64,000 nucleotides of DNA from Lingula anatina (taxonomy: Eukaryota > Animalia > Brachiopoda). Under the pieces are notes generated by a model. The model was not told the origin of the DNA, did no database searches, and saw only the letters and a program-made list of their open reading frames with translations. The position numbers and the translations under genes were made by a program. Where the stretch lies: contig CM120643.1 in the NCBI GenBank assembly GCA_051362555.1, positions 434,001 through 498,000 of the forward strand. The letters are read 5' to 3'. This document shows, piece by piece, positions 49,300-63,089 of this stretch; position 1 is the first letter of the stretch; each line of letters starts with the position of its first letter.

Positions 49300-52200
49300 C
49301 TGATGGCACTTGAAGCAAGCCCATTCATAGCTCTGGAAAGGTTCTCTGGTGTCATTGGAGACTGCTTTGAAATCCCACTGGGCCTGGCGGAACCATCTGG
49401 AAGCCTCGTAGGGTTGGGGATTCTTACGAGTTTCCCAGAATCCACCATATGTCCTGCTGTCACTACCATGACTCTCCCTGGAATAATACCTCTCATGGCA
49501 TTCTCTCTCCTGGCTGGCACGATGCCCCATTTTGGTGTAAAAATGCTCAAACACATCTTCATATGTAGTGTGTGACCATCTAGGACCAGTTGATGTTTCT
49601 TGCGGACCTCTTTCAAGTCTAGCTATTTCAGTCTGTATGAATTTGCATGCTTCATTGCAAATATCTTCTTGGCCAAGGTTTTTGTCTGGGTGATATTTTC
49701 GGAGGAGTCTCTTGATGACTTTTTTCCTCTCATTTTCATCAAGTTTCCACGCAGCCTCCAGTGTTTTTGTGATATCTTCCTTAATGTCCTCCAGACATGT
49801 TGGAGTGAAGTCATCCTCAGTTGGAGTTTTATCATAAAGAACAACATCCTTTGAGTTAACTTTTGCTGTGCGTTTAAATTTGTACAAGTCATTTGCCGTC
49901 ACAACAAGCACATCCTCTTCTTCACTCCCAATTCTTATTTTGTATCTTCTTAGCACATCTGAGGTTTGAGAGTCGGCATCTTCCTTGATCTCTTCTAGGA
50001 CAATGGCATATATGTATATTGGGAGCCCCTCAAGACTCTTCAACAATGGATCCTCTACTTCATAGCCTACGTATTCACCGCATTCAAAGTGGTGAAAATT
50101 CTCAGACAGCAGATGCTGGTCTTCTATGTGAAGGTAAGTGCCAGGGGTGGGAAGAACACTGGTATCTGAGCAGTAATCATCTGGAGGAATGTCCTGATCA
50201 TCCAAATATCTTGAAATCTCATCAATCTTTTTATCTAGGATATGGCACATGTGATGGAGGGAAGTTGACAGTCTCCCTTTCGATAAACTGTTCAAGATTT
50301 CAACAAACCTGGGTGAAAAGTTGCACATTTGAAAATTGCCTTTTAAATAAAAACAATGTGATTGTTGCCCACAATGAGCCTTTTGATAGAAGGATGACTG
50401 TGTTTTCTCACTTCCAGACAAAACCTCTCCTTTGTATTCTAAAACAGTGGTCAGTTCTGTTACAAAGTGAAGTTTGATGTTTTTTATGTTTTCTTGTAGC
50501 TCATCTCTGTCCTGCTTACTCACAGTGAAGCCTTGTGTTTTACCAGCATGACGACAGAGACGCATCACTGCCTGATAAAAAATTTCTGATTCTATCTTCC
50601 ATTTCAAAGGATGCTCTTGAAGAATGTTGATGCTTGGTTCAGAGTGAAGTTTCTCTTTGACAACATCAGTCAGATATCTAAGGCGCAAACATTCTGGCAA
50701 ACATTCAGCAACATCGCTGTACGATGAGGCTTCAGGTCCAAATTCTTCCATAGAAGGACGAGCAAGCATGGATTCTTCCAATGGAAATTTCTGTAGTCGG
50801 TCAAAATGGGACATGTTATCAATAAAGATAATGTCCTTGGACTGCCTCAGTTCCCCAGCAGAAGTAAGCAAGTATAACAGTTTTACCTGCTCTGGCCATT
50901 CCTCCCCTCTGTGAAGATTTTTAAACAAAAAGCCCATTGCTTTCAATGCCTTTTTCTTTTCATTTGGTTCCAGTTTTTCTCCTTCAGTATCTTTATGAAT
51001 CATTTCCAAGACAGTGGCATACTGACAGCAGGAGGGTCTATCTGTGCTGCCTATTAGCTTGAAGAGCTCCAAACAACTTGCAAAATGTGAAGGCACAGCA
51101 AAAAGATAAGGCTTTATTTCTTCTTCTTCCAAGCAAGAAGTAGCAACTTGACTCGGATAAACAAACCTTTTTCCATCCTCTACTAAAATGCAGGTCAAGT
51201 GTTGCAGTTTTTGAGTCCATTTCGGATTTTCTTTAACTTTGTTTTTATATCTTTCCAAGTGCTGATATATCTGTCCCATTGTTTCAGAGAGCAATTCAGA
51301 TTCTTCAGATGTTAAATCTTTGATTTGCTCTTGCAAATAGTGGCACACATTGCAACAGTGGTCTATCACCTGTTCCAAAGAGGGGATTTCTTTCACTCCA
51401 AGTATTTCACACAATTTTCTGTCCCTTGGTTCTGCCCACTGTTCCAAGAATGAAACACTTGTCCATGACAAATGTTCATATTCCTGCTTGTATGAGACAG
51501 CACCATTGAAGCAGATGAAAGGCCTCACTGTTTCTCCATCCATATTGCCACATGGGCACAGCCTCTGAAGGTTGCTTGAAGCAACATGTCGTGGTAGAAA
51601 GGCCACATCTTTCATAATGGGCAATAAGTGACCAACATCCTTTCGCGAAAAAAGATGTATCACTAATACATGTGCCTGCTTTTCTCTCTTTTTGAGTTCT
51701 GCCTTATTTCTACTTTTCCATGCTAAAATAGCCCCCCTTTCAATGGCTTTGGCAAATTCAATGAACTTCTCTGAAGTGACTTGATGCTGTAAACCTATCT
51801 CACGCATCAAACACAAAATTGGTTGAGATCTAAAAGGCTCTGATGGAAAATCTTTCTCTGTAAGCATAGCCTTAAAAACTTCATTGTAAGAATCATAAAA
51901 AGCTGATGCAGTTGACAGGGTGCCAGGAATTCCACTCCGGCTATCAGGTAGGAACTTCATGTGAGAAAGTTTATCAATCAGCCTCTCCCATTTATCCTCA
52001 CCAATTCTATGGCGTAATTTGACTGCTATGAACTGTAAGTGTTTAATCCTTTCTTCCTCTGAGAGAATTTCAAACCTCGGTAATATGAAATCACAGTACA
52101 TATCACACTCAGAGAGTACTCGACAACCCAGCCATGTGTAGAGTGGCTGTAACGTCCCATAGGGTTTCAAGAAGACCAAATGTTTACCACCTCCTTCCAA

Positions 52201-55200
52201 AAGCTGCATGCCATCTAAAGGGATAGAGCTGGGTGCAATGTAAGTGTTTTTTCCTTCAATACTGATAATCTCCTCTTTTGCAGATAAGAAAAAAGGTAAA
52301 GTGCACAATTTTTGTTTCAATTCAGGATTGCTTTCCAGCACATGAAGATACTGACAAAAATATCCCAAAATATCATGACATTCCGATACATTCAGTCTGC
52401 CTGCTAGCTTGTGTTGTTTGGCTACTCCTTCTAATGCGATGATCATGGAACTTGGATCTCTAGGGTGGCCAATTATTGCACGTATGGTCTCACCAGAACC
52501 TTGTAGTGCAGTCTTTTCAGAGGGTTGTTGTAGTATATCATAGGCTAGCTGTGGAACACCCAACTTTTGTAAGATACCTAAAACCTCAGTTTTGAGGAAG
52601 TGATGGAAGAAATCCCGGTTGTCCATAACTTCACGGGTTCGTGAAACCTGAAGCAAACAGGTTGATTTCCCTACAGTTACTGGCAAGAGGCACCAATGGG
52701 AAAGTGGCTTCAATAAAGATATAATCTTTTTGCCTTCAGAAACTGCATCAACCTCCGAGTGAACGTATGTCCACAGTAATTGAATCCACTTTTTTGATGG
52801 CGCCTTCAAATCCCATTGGATTATACCTCCATTTTGTAGCACTTCTGGTAAGGCAAATGGTAGCCTTTCTGCAAGATCGGATACCTGAAATTTTTTGAAA
52901 ATTGACCTTTCTTGGTCTGTATGAAAAATTGTACATTCCAGTGACCTATGGCAAAAAGATGCAGCATACAAAGGCAGCAAGTCCCAGAAAGGTGAACAGA
53001 AGACAGGTGTTCTGGAACTTAACATCCTAAGCTTGTTGTCCTCAGTTACAAGCAATGGAGAACCCTCAAGCAGCTGCACAAAATTCTCAGATTTCTTGCA
53101 AAACTTCAACATAGTGTGAAGGTTGTGTACATTTCCAAAGATGGTTTTTTCAATGTCTTCCGGAAGATCTGAGCATGAAATGAAACACAGCCTGTCAGGT
53201 CTTTGGTAGGTTTGAAAGAAGCAAAGCACAGCTTCTGGACTAACAGTTTTCACCTGAATGCCTGCATCCTGATAATTTCCATATATTGACATTGGGCAAC
53301 ATGAAAGATTGAAATTGCTTTCACATAAAATTCTTTTCACAATCTCACTGGATGATGGTTTTGGCCATTTGGGTATATCTTTGAAGCTAGGCCTTGGTTT
53401 CTTAATCTGGGTATCTAAGTCATCAAAGAATATTTCATCTTTTCCACTTCCTGTAGGTGGAAACCATGCAACTTTAAATCCCTTTTCACTCACTCTTGCA
53501 TGTCGCAAAACTGGAATAACCCTCAGATGAAGTTCACTGGTCAACTGGTATACTTTTTGAGACAGATAACGTATGTAATTCTTCTCACACTTGATATCCG
53601 GAAAGAAGTCACAATACTGCCTCAAAGATTTTCTTATCTGGGTCTCACCACCTCCATAGATCTCTTTCATGATAATCATCTTTGTTTGCTCAAGCATATT
53701 AGTGTAGCAAGGGGCAACTGTTTGCTCTATTAATGTGTTGTTCCACTCAAATTTCACATCAGCATTTTCACCACCCATCCAAAGGTTTCTCCTGGCTTCA
53801 TGATCCAGTGCAAAGTGACCATTGATATGAACAGGGAGGTTTGTTTTCAGTGGTAGTGGCAGGAAGCAAAATACCCTGCCTTCTGGAAGGTCAAATTTCT
53901 CTGTGGGTAAACTGTCAGGTGGAAGCAGACGTGCTACCCCTCCACGTGGCAGGAGTCCCAAGTCTCTGTTCCGGAGGGCTTTTTTTAAAGTTGTAGATAT
54001 CGAGCTTGGATTGCTGAAGCCAAACTGTTGGGTGATAAGCCATGTTTCTAACCTGCCTGTGTTGTCTTTTAAGGACATGGTAAAAGAAACATTTATGGGA
54101 CGTAACTGGTCCACTGTCAGTTCTTGTGTTTTCAGTCTCTCTGAGCAGGTCACCATTTCCTGTAGAAAGGACTGCTGTGCCTGTGTATCTTCAGCACTGA
54201 GATGGGCCTCAACACTGTATGTGTTCTGCAGCTTTCCAGTGAACATATTTATTTCTGAGACACTTATTTTCCTAATGTTATTGAGAAACAGCATCATCAG
54301 AAATAAATCACCCTGAAATGTTTCCATGAGGGACTGCATTTCTGGAATGGTAACAGGTCTTGGTTTTATCTTAGACTGTCTGGCCATGTTTTCATTCCTG
54401 AGTGGCAATCGGAACAAGGTAGCTTCCTCCATTGGAAAAGATTCTCTCATGTTATCCAAGTAGCTTGCAAATACATCTGGGAAAGACTTCCTTAACTTTG
54501 GAATGTCAAGATAACGCCTTCCAGGCTCTGCAATAGAAGCACCTGGCACATAAATACAATGTGGATCAAAGACACACAATGTTTCTCCAATTTCCTGTCC
54601 TTTGGTTAAGAAAGATGGGGCATCTGTGAGATGATATACAGCATTGAAACCAACCCCATACTGCCCTGTTTTGTTTGGATCTTCACTCTTGCTTCCCTCA
54701 CCTAGGTTGCTAATACCCTCTATGTCTGCTTGAGTAAATGGACTATTGTTGTAAACACACAAAGCTGGTCCCTGCAATGGCTTCCAACAATCCTCAAATA
54801 TGCGCTCGGTGGAATGGTTTCTGGGATCTAAAACAAAGTGAACTTCAGTTGCCTTTGCATCATCTGCATTTTGCAGGAGCTCTTTCAAGATATCCTGGTC
54901 ACAGGGGTATCCTTCTAGTATTCTCTTGATTCTATTTGTAAGTTTTTCCTTCTGACCAAAGCCAATTCCCATTGAACATTTTCTAAGCTTTTCACCTCTT
55001 TTCGTCTGAACACCAAGACCTATAGCAACATGATATGGTAAATCTTTGTGTGCACAATGCATGTCATCATCATCATTCTCAAGCCATGGGCAATCATCAA
55101 AACAAAGGTGCTTTGCTTCAGACATCACTCCATCTTCATCTGGTAAATAAATAGGCCCATTTTTATCTTCAATTGATTTCAGTTTTGTTGTGAGGGGTAC

Positions 55201-58200
55201 TTTCTCCTTTTTTATCTCATCCTCAATATTCTGCTGTAATGCAGACACAATTTGACGTATGTATGATGGCAGTGATTTTTTGCTGTATGTTTGATGTGGT
55301 TTCTGTAGGGCCTTTAAATAATCTGCAATATCAAAGTCTTCTTGAACACCAGCAGCTTCCATGACATCAGGGAAGTCTCTCCAGTCATAAGGACGCCCAA
55401 AAAGAAGTGGCTCAAATCCAGCCTTGGAGTCGAATATAACTTTACTGCCCGAGACAAACTCTTGTGACTGTGGAATGTACACTGCATTTCTCTTTTGCAG
55501 TGCATTACTGATAGCGGACTGTTTTGCAGGTTCCCTTCGCAGTAAATCATTCAGATACTGATAAATGTCCTTAATTAGATCTTTCAGCTTCTTTTCAAAC
55601 TTTCCACACTTTGGGGCAGCTGCGATGGCCTCATCAAACTGGTCCCATACCTGATCAAGTTCAACATCTTTTCGAGACTGTATTTGGAGCAACCTCTCCA
55701 CACTTCTATTCATTTTCAATTCCCTTCTGTTGACAACAGCAGTGGTAGAAGACACCAAATTTTCCACATCTGCTGAAAAGCATTCTTTAGGTGCAGCAAG
55801 ATTGTTGTGATTGCCTTTCCAAGGAAGTGGGTAACCGTCTGGTTTGGGCTTAACTGGAAGAAATGGCACTTCACATAATACGCCTCTGAGTTCACTTTCC
55901 AATTTACTACCTTCTTTTCCACTCAGCCTCCAGGCTAGGTACTGCAATATTTCTTTCCCTCTCTCTACTCCTCTTGCATTATCTGTTTGATGGAGACCAG
56001 CAACACTTTGGGCTCTCTCCAAAATCTGTTCACAGCTGATGTCTTTAAAGATGCCAAGTTTTTGCAATACCAGGCGGCGACGTGGGTTCAGGTATGACCT
56101 TTCGGTTCCTTTGATGAAAATCCCATCTTCCTCATAATACAATGACGCAGCTCTGCTTTTTGGGTGCATGAGAGCACAGGGTTGCTTTAACTCCCCATGA
56201 GGTGTGGAAGGAATGCATGGATATCTCTGCAAGAGTTTATTCAGATATTCATCATCTTGGTCAATTGCATAAAGTATCAAAGCATCTCTGACATCTCCAT
56301 CAAGACTGTTGATTTTTGGGAAAACTGCTTCATTGTATAACCTGTGAAGGTCAAACATGATCTTTCCTTGAATCTCTCCAGGGGCAAATGACAACATGGT
56401 TTTCATGGTCTCACTGGGAACTTTTACATATATTTTCCCCCTCTTCTCGAGATAATCTTCTAATATTCTTTCAACATGGCTCCCTATATCTGTTCCCTTG
56501 ACATCTTCTGTGAGGATACCAATACTGTGGACATTTTTCCACATTTTCCCATTTGAAAATAAGGCGGGCGCCTGCTGTTCTTCTGTGGAAAATAAGGAGG
56601 CATAATACTGCTGCACAAGAGGGTCACATACTGGTTTATATGTGCTCCCACAGGTTGGCCACAATTCGCTAAAGCTGTAAGATGTGCCATGTGTTAAGTC
56701 TCTCAAGTCTTCCAGACAAAATCGAAGTGCTTTGGGAATGACATCCTTCAAGATGATTTGGTTCCATTCAGCTCCTTTTGAAACTTTATCATCGGTGGTT
56801 TTCTCAGTTAGATGTTTACGGCTGGACTCCACAGAGAAGCTTCCATTAACATGAAATGAGAATCCACTGGAAATTGGAAGAGGGAGATAACAAAAGAATG
56901 TTCCCTTCTGAGTACAAAGTGGTGTATATCTAATGCTGCCTTTAACACTGCACTCCTTCAAATGCACCGCCACTCCACCTGTAGGTACAAGACCGGAACC
57001 CTTGCACATGGTCAACATCTGTGATGTGAGGTCTCCCATGCATGACGTAACCAGCCAGAAATCATTCCTCTCCTCAGTTTTGATAATACTCACACTACCT
57101 GCATCCATTTTGGAGGACATTTCAAGGAGAAGGGACACTGTTGGCTTTTGAGTGTCTTTGGGTATTGGAATTGATGGCGCCGATTCTGCTGATTGGAGGG
57201 CTTGGGTTGAAGCTTTTAAAATTTGTGTTGGCTGAAGCTCTGGTAAATGCAAACCTCTTATCACTTTTGAGATGTTCTTTGTTGTTTCATAGATACACTG
57301 CATCATTGATGGGGTTCCATCCTTGGGGAGGTGATAAATTGATATTTTCTTCACATTTTGAGTAAAAAGTAGAACTTCTGAAGATGAATCGACCAATTTC
57401 TGAAGAAGCAATTGCACTTGTTTTTCATCATAATGCACATCGCTGATCTCACTTTTATAGGATTGTTCCTTTGTCCGTAGAGGAAATCTAAATAATGTTG
57501 CATTGTAGCTAAACATGCAAGATTTGGCAGTGGCATCAAGATTGCAGCCAAAAATCCCATTAAAAGGCTTGAATTGGTTCTTCAACTTCTGAAGCTTTTT
57601 TCTGTTTTTTAAATTAATCTTAATTCCAGGTTTTGATCTTGCTGCTCTTCCCAAGTGTTTCATATGCGGATCAAAAATGGCTATACTGTTACTGCTAATG
57701 AAACTTGGAACATCAGTTAGATTGTAGACTGCATTGAACCCAAGTCCAAATTTGCCAATTTTGTCACTCATCTTTTCTTTGGTTGCACCCCCCAGCTGAA
57801 CAAGGTTTTTGAAATCTTCTTCTGTGAACACAGCATCATTATAGGCCCAGAGAGCAGGTCCTTGGCAACTTCGCATTCCCTCATCTATCAAGCATGTCTG
57901 GGCATCTTCATTTCTTCTCTGGTCATACAGAAACTTCACTTCTTGGGCTCCTGCATCATCAGCATTTTGAATAAGTTCCTTAGGAACGGATAACCCATCT
58001 GTGTAGCCTTCCTTAAGCAGATTGTGAAGGCGACAGGTCAGTGGCTCAGATTGGCCATAGTTCATGTCCAACTCTTCTACATCTAAAATACGACTCATAA
58101 GAGTTGGCACACCTAACTTTTCACTAGTTTGCATTGAGACATGCTCATGGACATAGAAGATAGATTCTGTTTCTTCATCATTAATATCAGTGACATCATA

Positions 58201-60251
58201 CCCTTGCTGAAGCCAGTCCATATCACAGTAAGTGCACTGGGAGACTGGCTTAAGGATGAGGGTGGATTTGTTATCACTATGAACAGGCACTAAGAGCTTA
58301 TCTGGCAGTTGGGATATTGTAACCTCGTCCATTGACTCAACAATGTGCAACAGATCAATAATGGTCTGAAGATCTCTCTGTGCATCAAGATCTGCAGCGT
58401 TGCTGTTGGTTATCTGAGACTGGACCCTTTCTTCTTGTTGGTATTTGATTTCGATATTGCTTTGCACCTGCAGAATGATTTCAAGTTTATCTTTTGGTTT
58501 CACACCATACTGGGAAAATTGTTCGCTGAATTGCTCTACTTCTCTTGGAAGGACAAACAAATGAGGGTGCAGCTGAATCCCTTGCAGTTCTGGAGGAATA
58601 CCAGGGACAACATCTTTTGATGAGGAAAATCCATCTCCATTCCAGATCCATTTCTGTGAGCTGGATTTAAGGCCTTCGTAGGGAACATCCCTCCTAACTG
58701 GATGAAACAATTCTCCATAGATATCTAGAATCATTGGCAGAAACACACTCTTTTCTCTGCTTGTATAATGGCTTACTACCTGTTCTAACTGGGCTATGAC
58801 TTTTGGCATAGTGGGCCTTTCGATCCATCCAAATTCCCTGGCAATCTCTTCATTCACAACCTCATAAGAGACATGTTCCACAGAACCAATCACTTTTTCA
58901 TAGATACTGCTGTGCAACTCACTTGGACTTAAAAAGGTGCAATCTGATGGACACCAAGGCAAAGAATTGGGATAATTCTCTGGCCTTGACTTGACCTTGA
59001 TAAACCTGGTTCTTTTCAAACAGCTCGAGAGCCTGTTTCCGTTTCTCAGCCTATTCTTTAATATAGTTGGTCTGGATCTCAAAATGGTCATAATTGCTTC
59101 TGATTTATCCATCAAAATGTTTTGCGTGGTCAATCCCTTTTGAACGTACTGAGCTGCCTTGTAAATGTCCTCTGCAGTTATTTTTTCTCTTTCTGTCTTC
59201 AATCCTAACCTTTTCAGAGCCGCATGTAATTGTGTATCATCCTTATACTGTCCAGTTGGAAAGACATCAGATACCCCATGAAAGAGATCAAATACCACTG
59301 AATCATGGTGATCAAACAATTGGCTTGCTGTAAATCTCTCTCCTGATTCATTTGGAACAAAAGGAATGTCTCTCACCATATGACGTATTTCTTTATCTTC
59401 ATTCATGTTGATGGTCAGTACCTGCTTCATCAAAATATCAATCTCTCCGCTTTCCTGGTACCACTCAATGTCTGCTAACACAATTTCTCCTAGCAATTCA
59501 TTCGTGTCCAAAATTCTTATTCCTAATTGCTGAACTAGCAATTCAGAGTCTGTTCCTGATGCATCGATAAACTTCCAACGTAATGAAAAGCTTGGACGTT
59601 GATGTAAAACCCAGGGTGCTTCATGGAGAGAAACTCTGTTGCCAGAACTTTGAGGATCAGAGTATTCTGTTCCACCAACCGACATAAAGATTGGAAGTTC
59701 CATAAGCAATTTTCTGTGTGACTTTATGTCATGCGCAGAGGCTTCAGAGACAAGCTTTCTGAGCTTATCCTTCTCTGCCATTGGCCAGTCTTTTATCTTT
59801 TCTAAGTTGGTTTGGGTCTGCACATTTGAAAGAGCCTGTAAAACACCTTCAGGTGTTGGAGGACTTATGTATTTTGGTACAACAGCATGGTGATCTTCAA
59901 TAAATTTGGGGAGATTCTGAAATACAATTACCCCCAATGCTTTAAGCCACTTAGCTAAACCATCATCAAGTCTGTCCCCTTGCCAACAAGTTATCAAAGC
60001 AGGTAAGCCAGAACTCAGCTTCACAATTCTACAAGAAGACAGATCAAGAAGAATGTGCAAGTCTTCAAACCTGGAGAGATTGTCAGGGAATTGACGGGTC
60101 AGGTACTCCCATGCCATCTGAAGCCAGCCATGAGTAGGATGGTTAGTGGTGTGTTGATCCCAGTGTTTGGTGTTGTCTCTGCAGGGGTCGAAGAGTCTTC
60201 TGATCAATTCAGCCATTGAAGTCTTGTCTAGAATTTTCAACTGGGTTAATC
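49300..60251 (-). CDS. SACS: Sacsin-like gene copy B, giant exon (10,952 nt): sacsin repeats 2-3, DnaJ-like J domain, start of HEPN
   Basis: 3649-aa ORF with two HATPase repeats (KELIQNADDAGA..GKFGLGFNAVY; KELLQNADDAKA..GQYGVGFNAVY), J-domain KYHPDKN and HEPN start WFRQAQWDF..WACFKCHQ; acceptor tttag|GA and donor CAG|gttaga. Confidence 0.96.
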
Positions 60252-61139
60252 CTAAAGTGAAACAAAAATGAAAATTTCTCTTTTTTAATTGCAGTTTTTT
60301 TCATTAAAATTGTATTTCATTAATAATATATATCAGTGTCATGAAAGATTAACAATATGAATGACAGCACGCATAATTGGCACATAGAGACATCTATAAA
60401 ATCTTATTTTCTGCAGAACGAGTTAACAGCCATTTCCTATGGTGACAGTGACTGTTTGACCCTTCACTTATGGCACAGCAGAGAAGAACATATATTGACC
60501 TTTATGAATCTGTATATAAAATCCGAAAAAATTGCTTTAACCCTCAAGAGACCAAGCTATTTTACTGACTGAAATGACCAATCAAAATATATTATACATA
60601 CAGTGACAATAAAGACATAGACAGTGATCAGAATACATACAGACACATTCAATATCTCAACAGACAATGCAAAGTCAGCAAGGTGCACAGGGATCCTCAT
60701 TATAAAAAGCTGTTGAGGATTTATCACACCTATACTACTCCCAGGATTTATGACAAGTGTTTTATAATGATCTAATGTAATAAGTATTTGGTGATAATAC
60801 TTTTATTACATGAAATAACCAAGCACAGATTTTAAGAACAACATTACACCGGTATTTAGACAGTCCCTGTCAGTTTCCACTTGCAGAAATATTTCTCTTT
60901 TTATTTGCCACACTAAATGAAAAAAGTACATTACAAAATGACTTTGAGTAAAAATATTTTGACTTATGTTGAGGTAGCATCCTGCTAACTTCAATAAGAA
61001 TAATTAGCTGACTTGCTGAGTAGGGAATACCCTAATGCTGGTAAGGAAGTCATACTACTCAGAACACATTCAATCAACCTACATGTATGTTACTACCACA
61101 TCTGTGTATAAAACAAAATCCACACAAACAATTTGTTAA

Positions 61140-61476
61140 AGTGATAATAACTCTTCGTTTTGGCCAAAAAATGAATTTTCCTGGAGTAAACAACAATTTC
61201 CCCATACTTACCAATGGTTAATGAATCCATTTTTACTTTCAAAGTTAGTCCCTGGTTTTTTTCTAAAAAGTTTGGTTTTTTGTTAAAATCTCTTAAGAGA
61301 TTTTAACAGAGTATAGCCATCAATGGAGGTCACGTGATCTAAAGACAAACTCAGATAGCAGAATAATAGCTATAACTGCCATTTTTGTGGTAAAACAGAA
61401 TATATTATATTTCTATGAGTTATTCACAATGTTTTTATTGTGAAATATAGATCTCATACGAAGAGTTATTATCCCT
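61140..61476. mobile_element. TTAA-flanked MITE, Kolobok-like (AG...CT termini)
   Basis: TTAA|AGTGATAATAACTCTTCGT ... ACGAAGAGTTATTATCCCT|TTAA. Confidence 0.8.
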
Positions 61477-61724
61477 TTAATATATTGTAACGCGAGGGGT
61501 CGGGCCCGAGCGACCGCGACACCCATGCGCGGCGTGGGAACTTGGATGTTTCTTAGGGAAAGTATATCCCTGTCCTTCAGAAATAAAGAGGCAGATTTAT
61601 GTTTTAATAAATTTTATTAAACGGATAAATCGACCATAAAATTCTCAAGTCAGTGGTGACCATCACATGACTTATTGTCATAAATGTCTATAAAATTGAG
61701 GAGTTGGCGTTGCGCGTAGTGTGA

Positions 61725-62175
61725 GATGACATCTGAGATGGAGTCGACCTCGTTGACGGCACTGCATTGGATGGCATCGTTAATGGAATCGGGTAGCGTG
61801 CGATGACATCAGGCATCTCTAGTGGTAACCATGCGTAGGACGGCCTCGTTGACGGTTCGCGTTAGATGACTTCGTTGATGGAATTGGGTAGCGTGCGATG
61901 ACATCTGCATCTCTAGTGGTAACCATGCGTAGGACGGCCTCGTTGATGGCACCGCGTAGATGGCATCGTTGATGGAATTGGGTAGCGTGCGACGACATCT
62001 GGCATCTCTAGTGGTAACTACGCGAAGGACGACCTCGTTGGCGGTTCGCGTTAGATGGCACCGTTGATGGAATTGGGAAGCGTGCGACGACATCTGGTAT
62101 CTCTGGTGGTAACTACGCGAAGGACGGCCTCGTTGACGGCACCGCGTTGGATGGCATCGTTGATGGACGTCGTTG
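61725..62175. repeat. Tandem repeat, ~95 bp x ~4.5
   Basis: CCTCGTTG recurs at ~61748, 61845, 61939, 62033 and 62128. Confidence 0.9.
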
Positions 62176-62584
62176 ACCCTCACTTTGTTTCTTCTTGGTA
62201 TCAGCTGGCTGAATAAGGTATCTGGTGTTCTCAATGGGATAACTAAGGAAACTAAAATAAAAACTACCCCCAAGTCTCATGGAGGATTTCACCGCGCACT
62301 TGGACTGGAACATCATCAACAGCACCAAGTTGACGTCTGCGCCGATGGTGCCCCGGACCCGAACGGCCTTTCACCCGAGGATGAGATGTGCACTTCTCGT
62401 CGCCATCAAAACCAGCAGCAACCTTGGCCAGGAACCTGTCAACTGCACCCCAAGGTCTTGGCCAGGAACTTGTCAACTGCAGCCAAGGGACCAATTCCTA
62501 CATGCTGGAACCCCTCCTCACCAGGAAAAACACCTCCATATTCAGTCAGCCAACTGTCCACTTAAAAACTTAATAATTGCTAGG

Positions 62585-63000
62585 AGCCCTTATATTAAAG
62601 AGAGGGTGCTGCCCTCTAAAAACTCACTGATCTAACTTTGTAAAACCATAGCTAAATAAGCTTGCCAATCACCTTATTTGTTAAAAGCATAAACCACTTG
62701 ACTTAGGTAACTTAACGAATTCTCTGACCTTAGCACTTTATTAAAGAGAGGGTGCCACTCTCTGAAAAGCTCACAAAACTAACCTTGTATGACCATAGTT
62801 ACAAAAGCTTGCCAGTCGCCTTACTTGATAAAGACATAAACTTGGCGGTATAAGTCCACCCTTCTAATTAGGTAACTTAATGAATTCTCTGACCTTAGCA
62901 CTTTATTAAAGAGAGGGCGCCACTCTCTGAAAAGCTCACAAATCTAACCTTGTATGACCATAGTTAATAAGCTTGCCAGTCGCCTTACTTGTTAAAAACT
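62585..63000. repeat. Tandem repeat, ~150-170 bp x3
   Basis: TATTAAAGAGAGGG..CTCT..AAAA..AAGCTTGCCA recurs three times. Confidence 0.85.
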
Positions 63001-63089
63001 CAGAAACTAGTGGTAATTAATCTAACGAGCACATGCCGGTAAATTTTAAATGACCCAAACATTAAAGATAATCGGTTTCCATATAGTAA

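Noticed and set aside
61809-62635. Repetitive 118-154 aa ORFs
   Set aside because: Arise from GC-rich tandem repeats; no recognisable domain.
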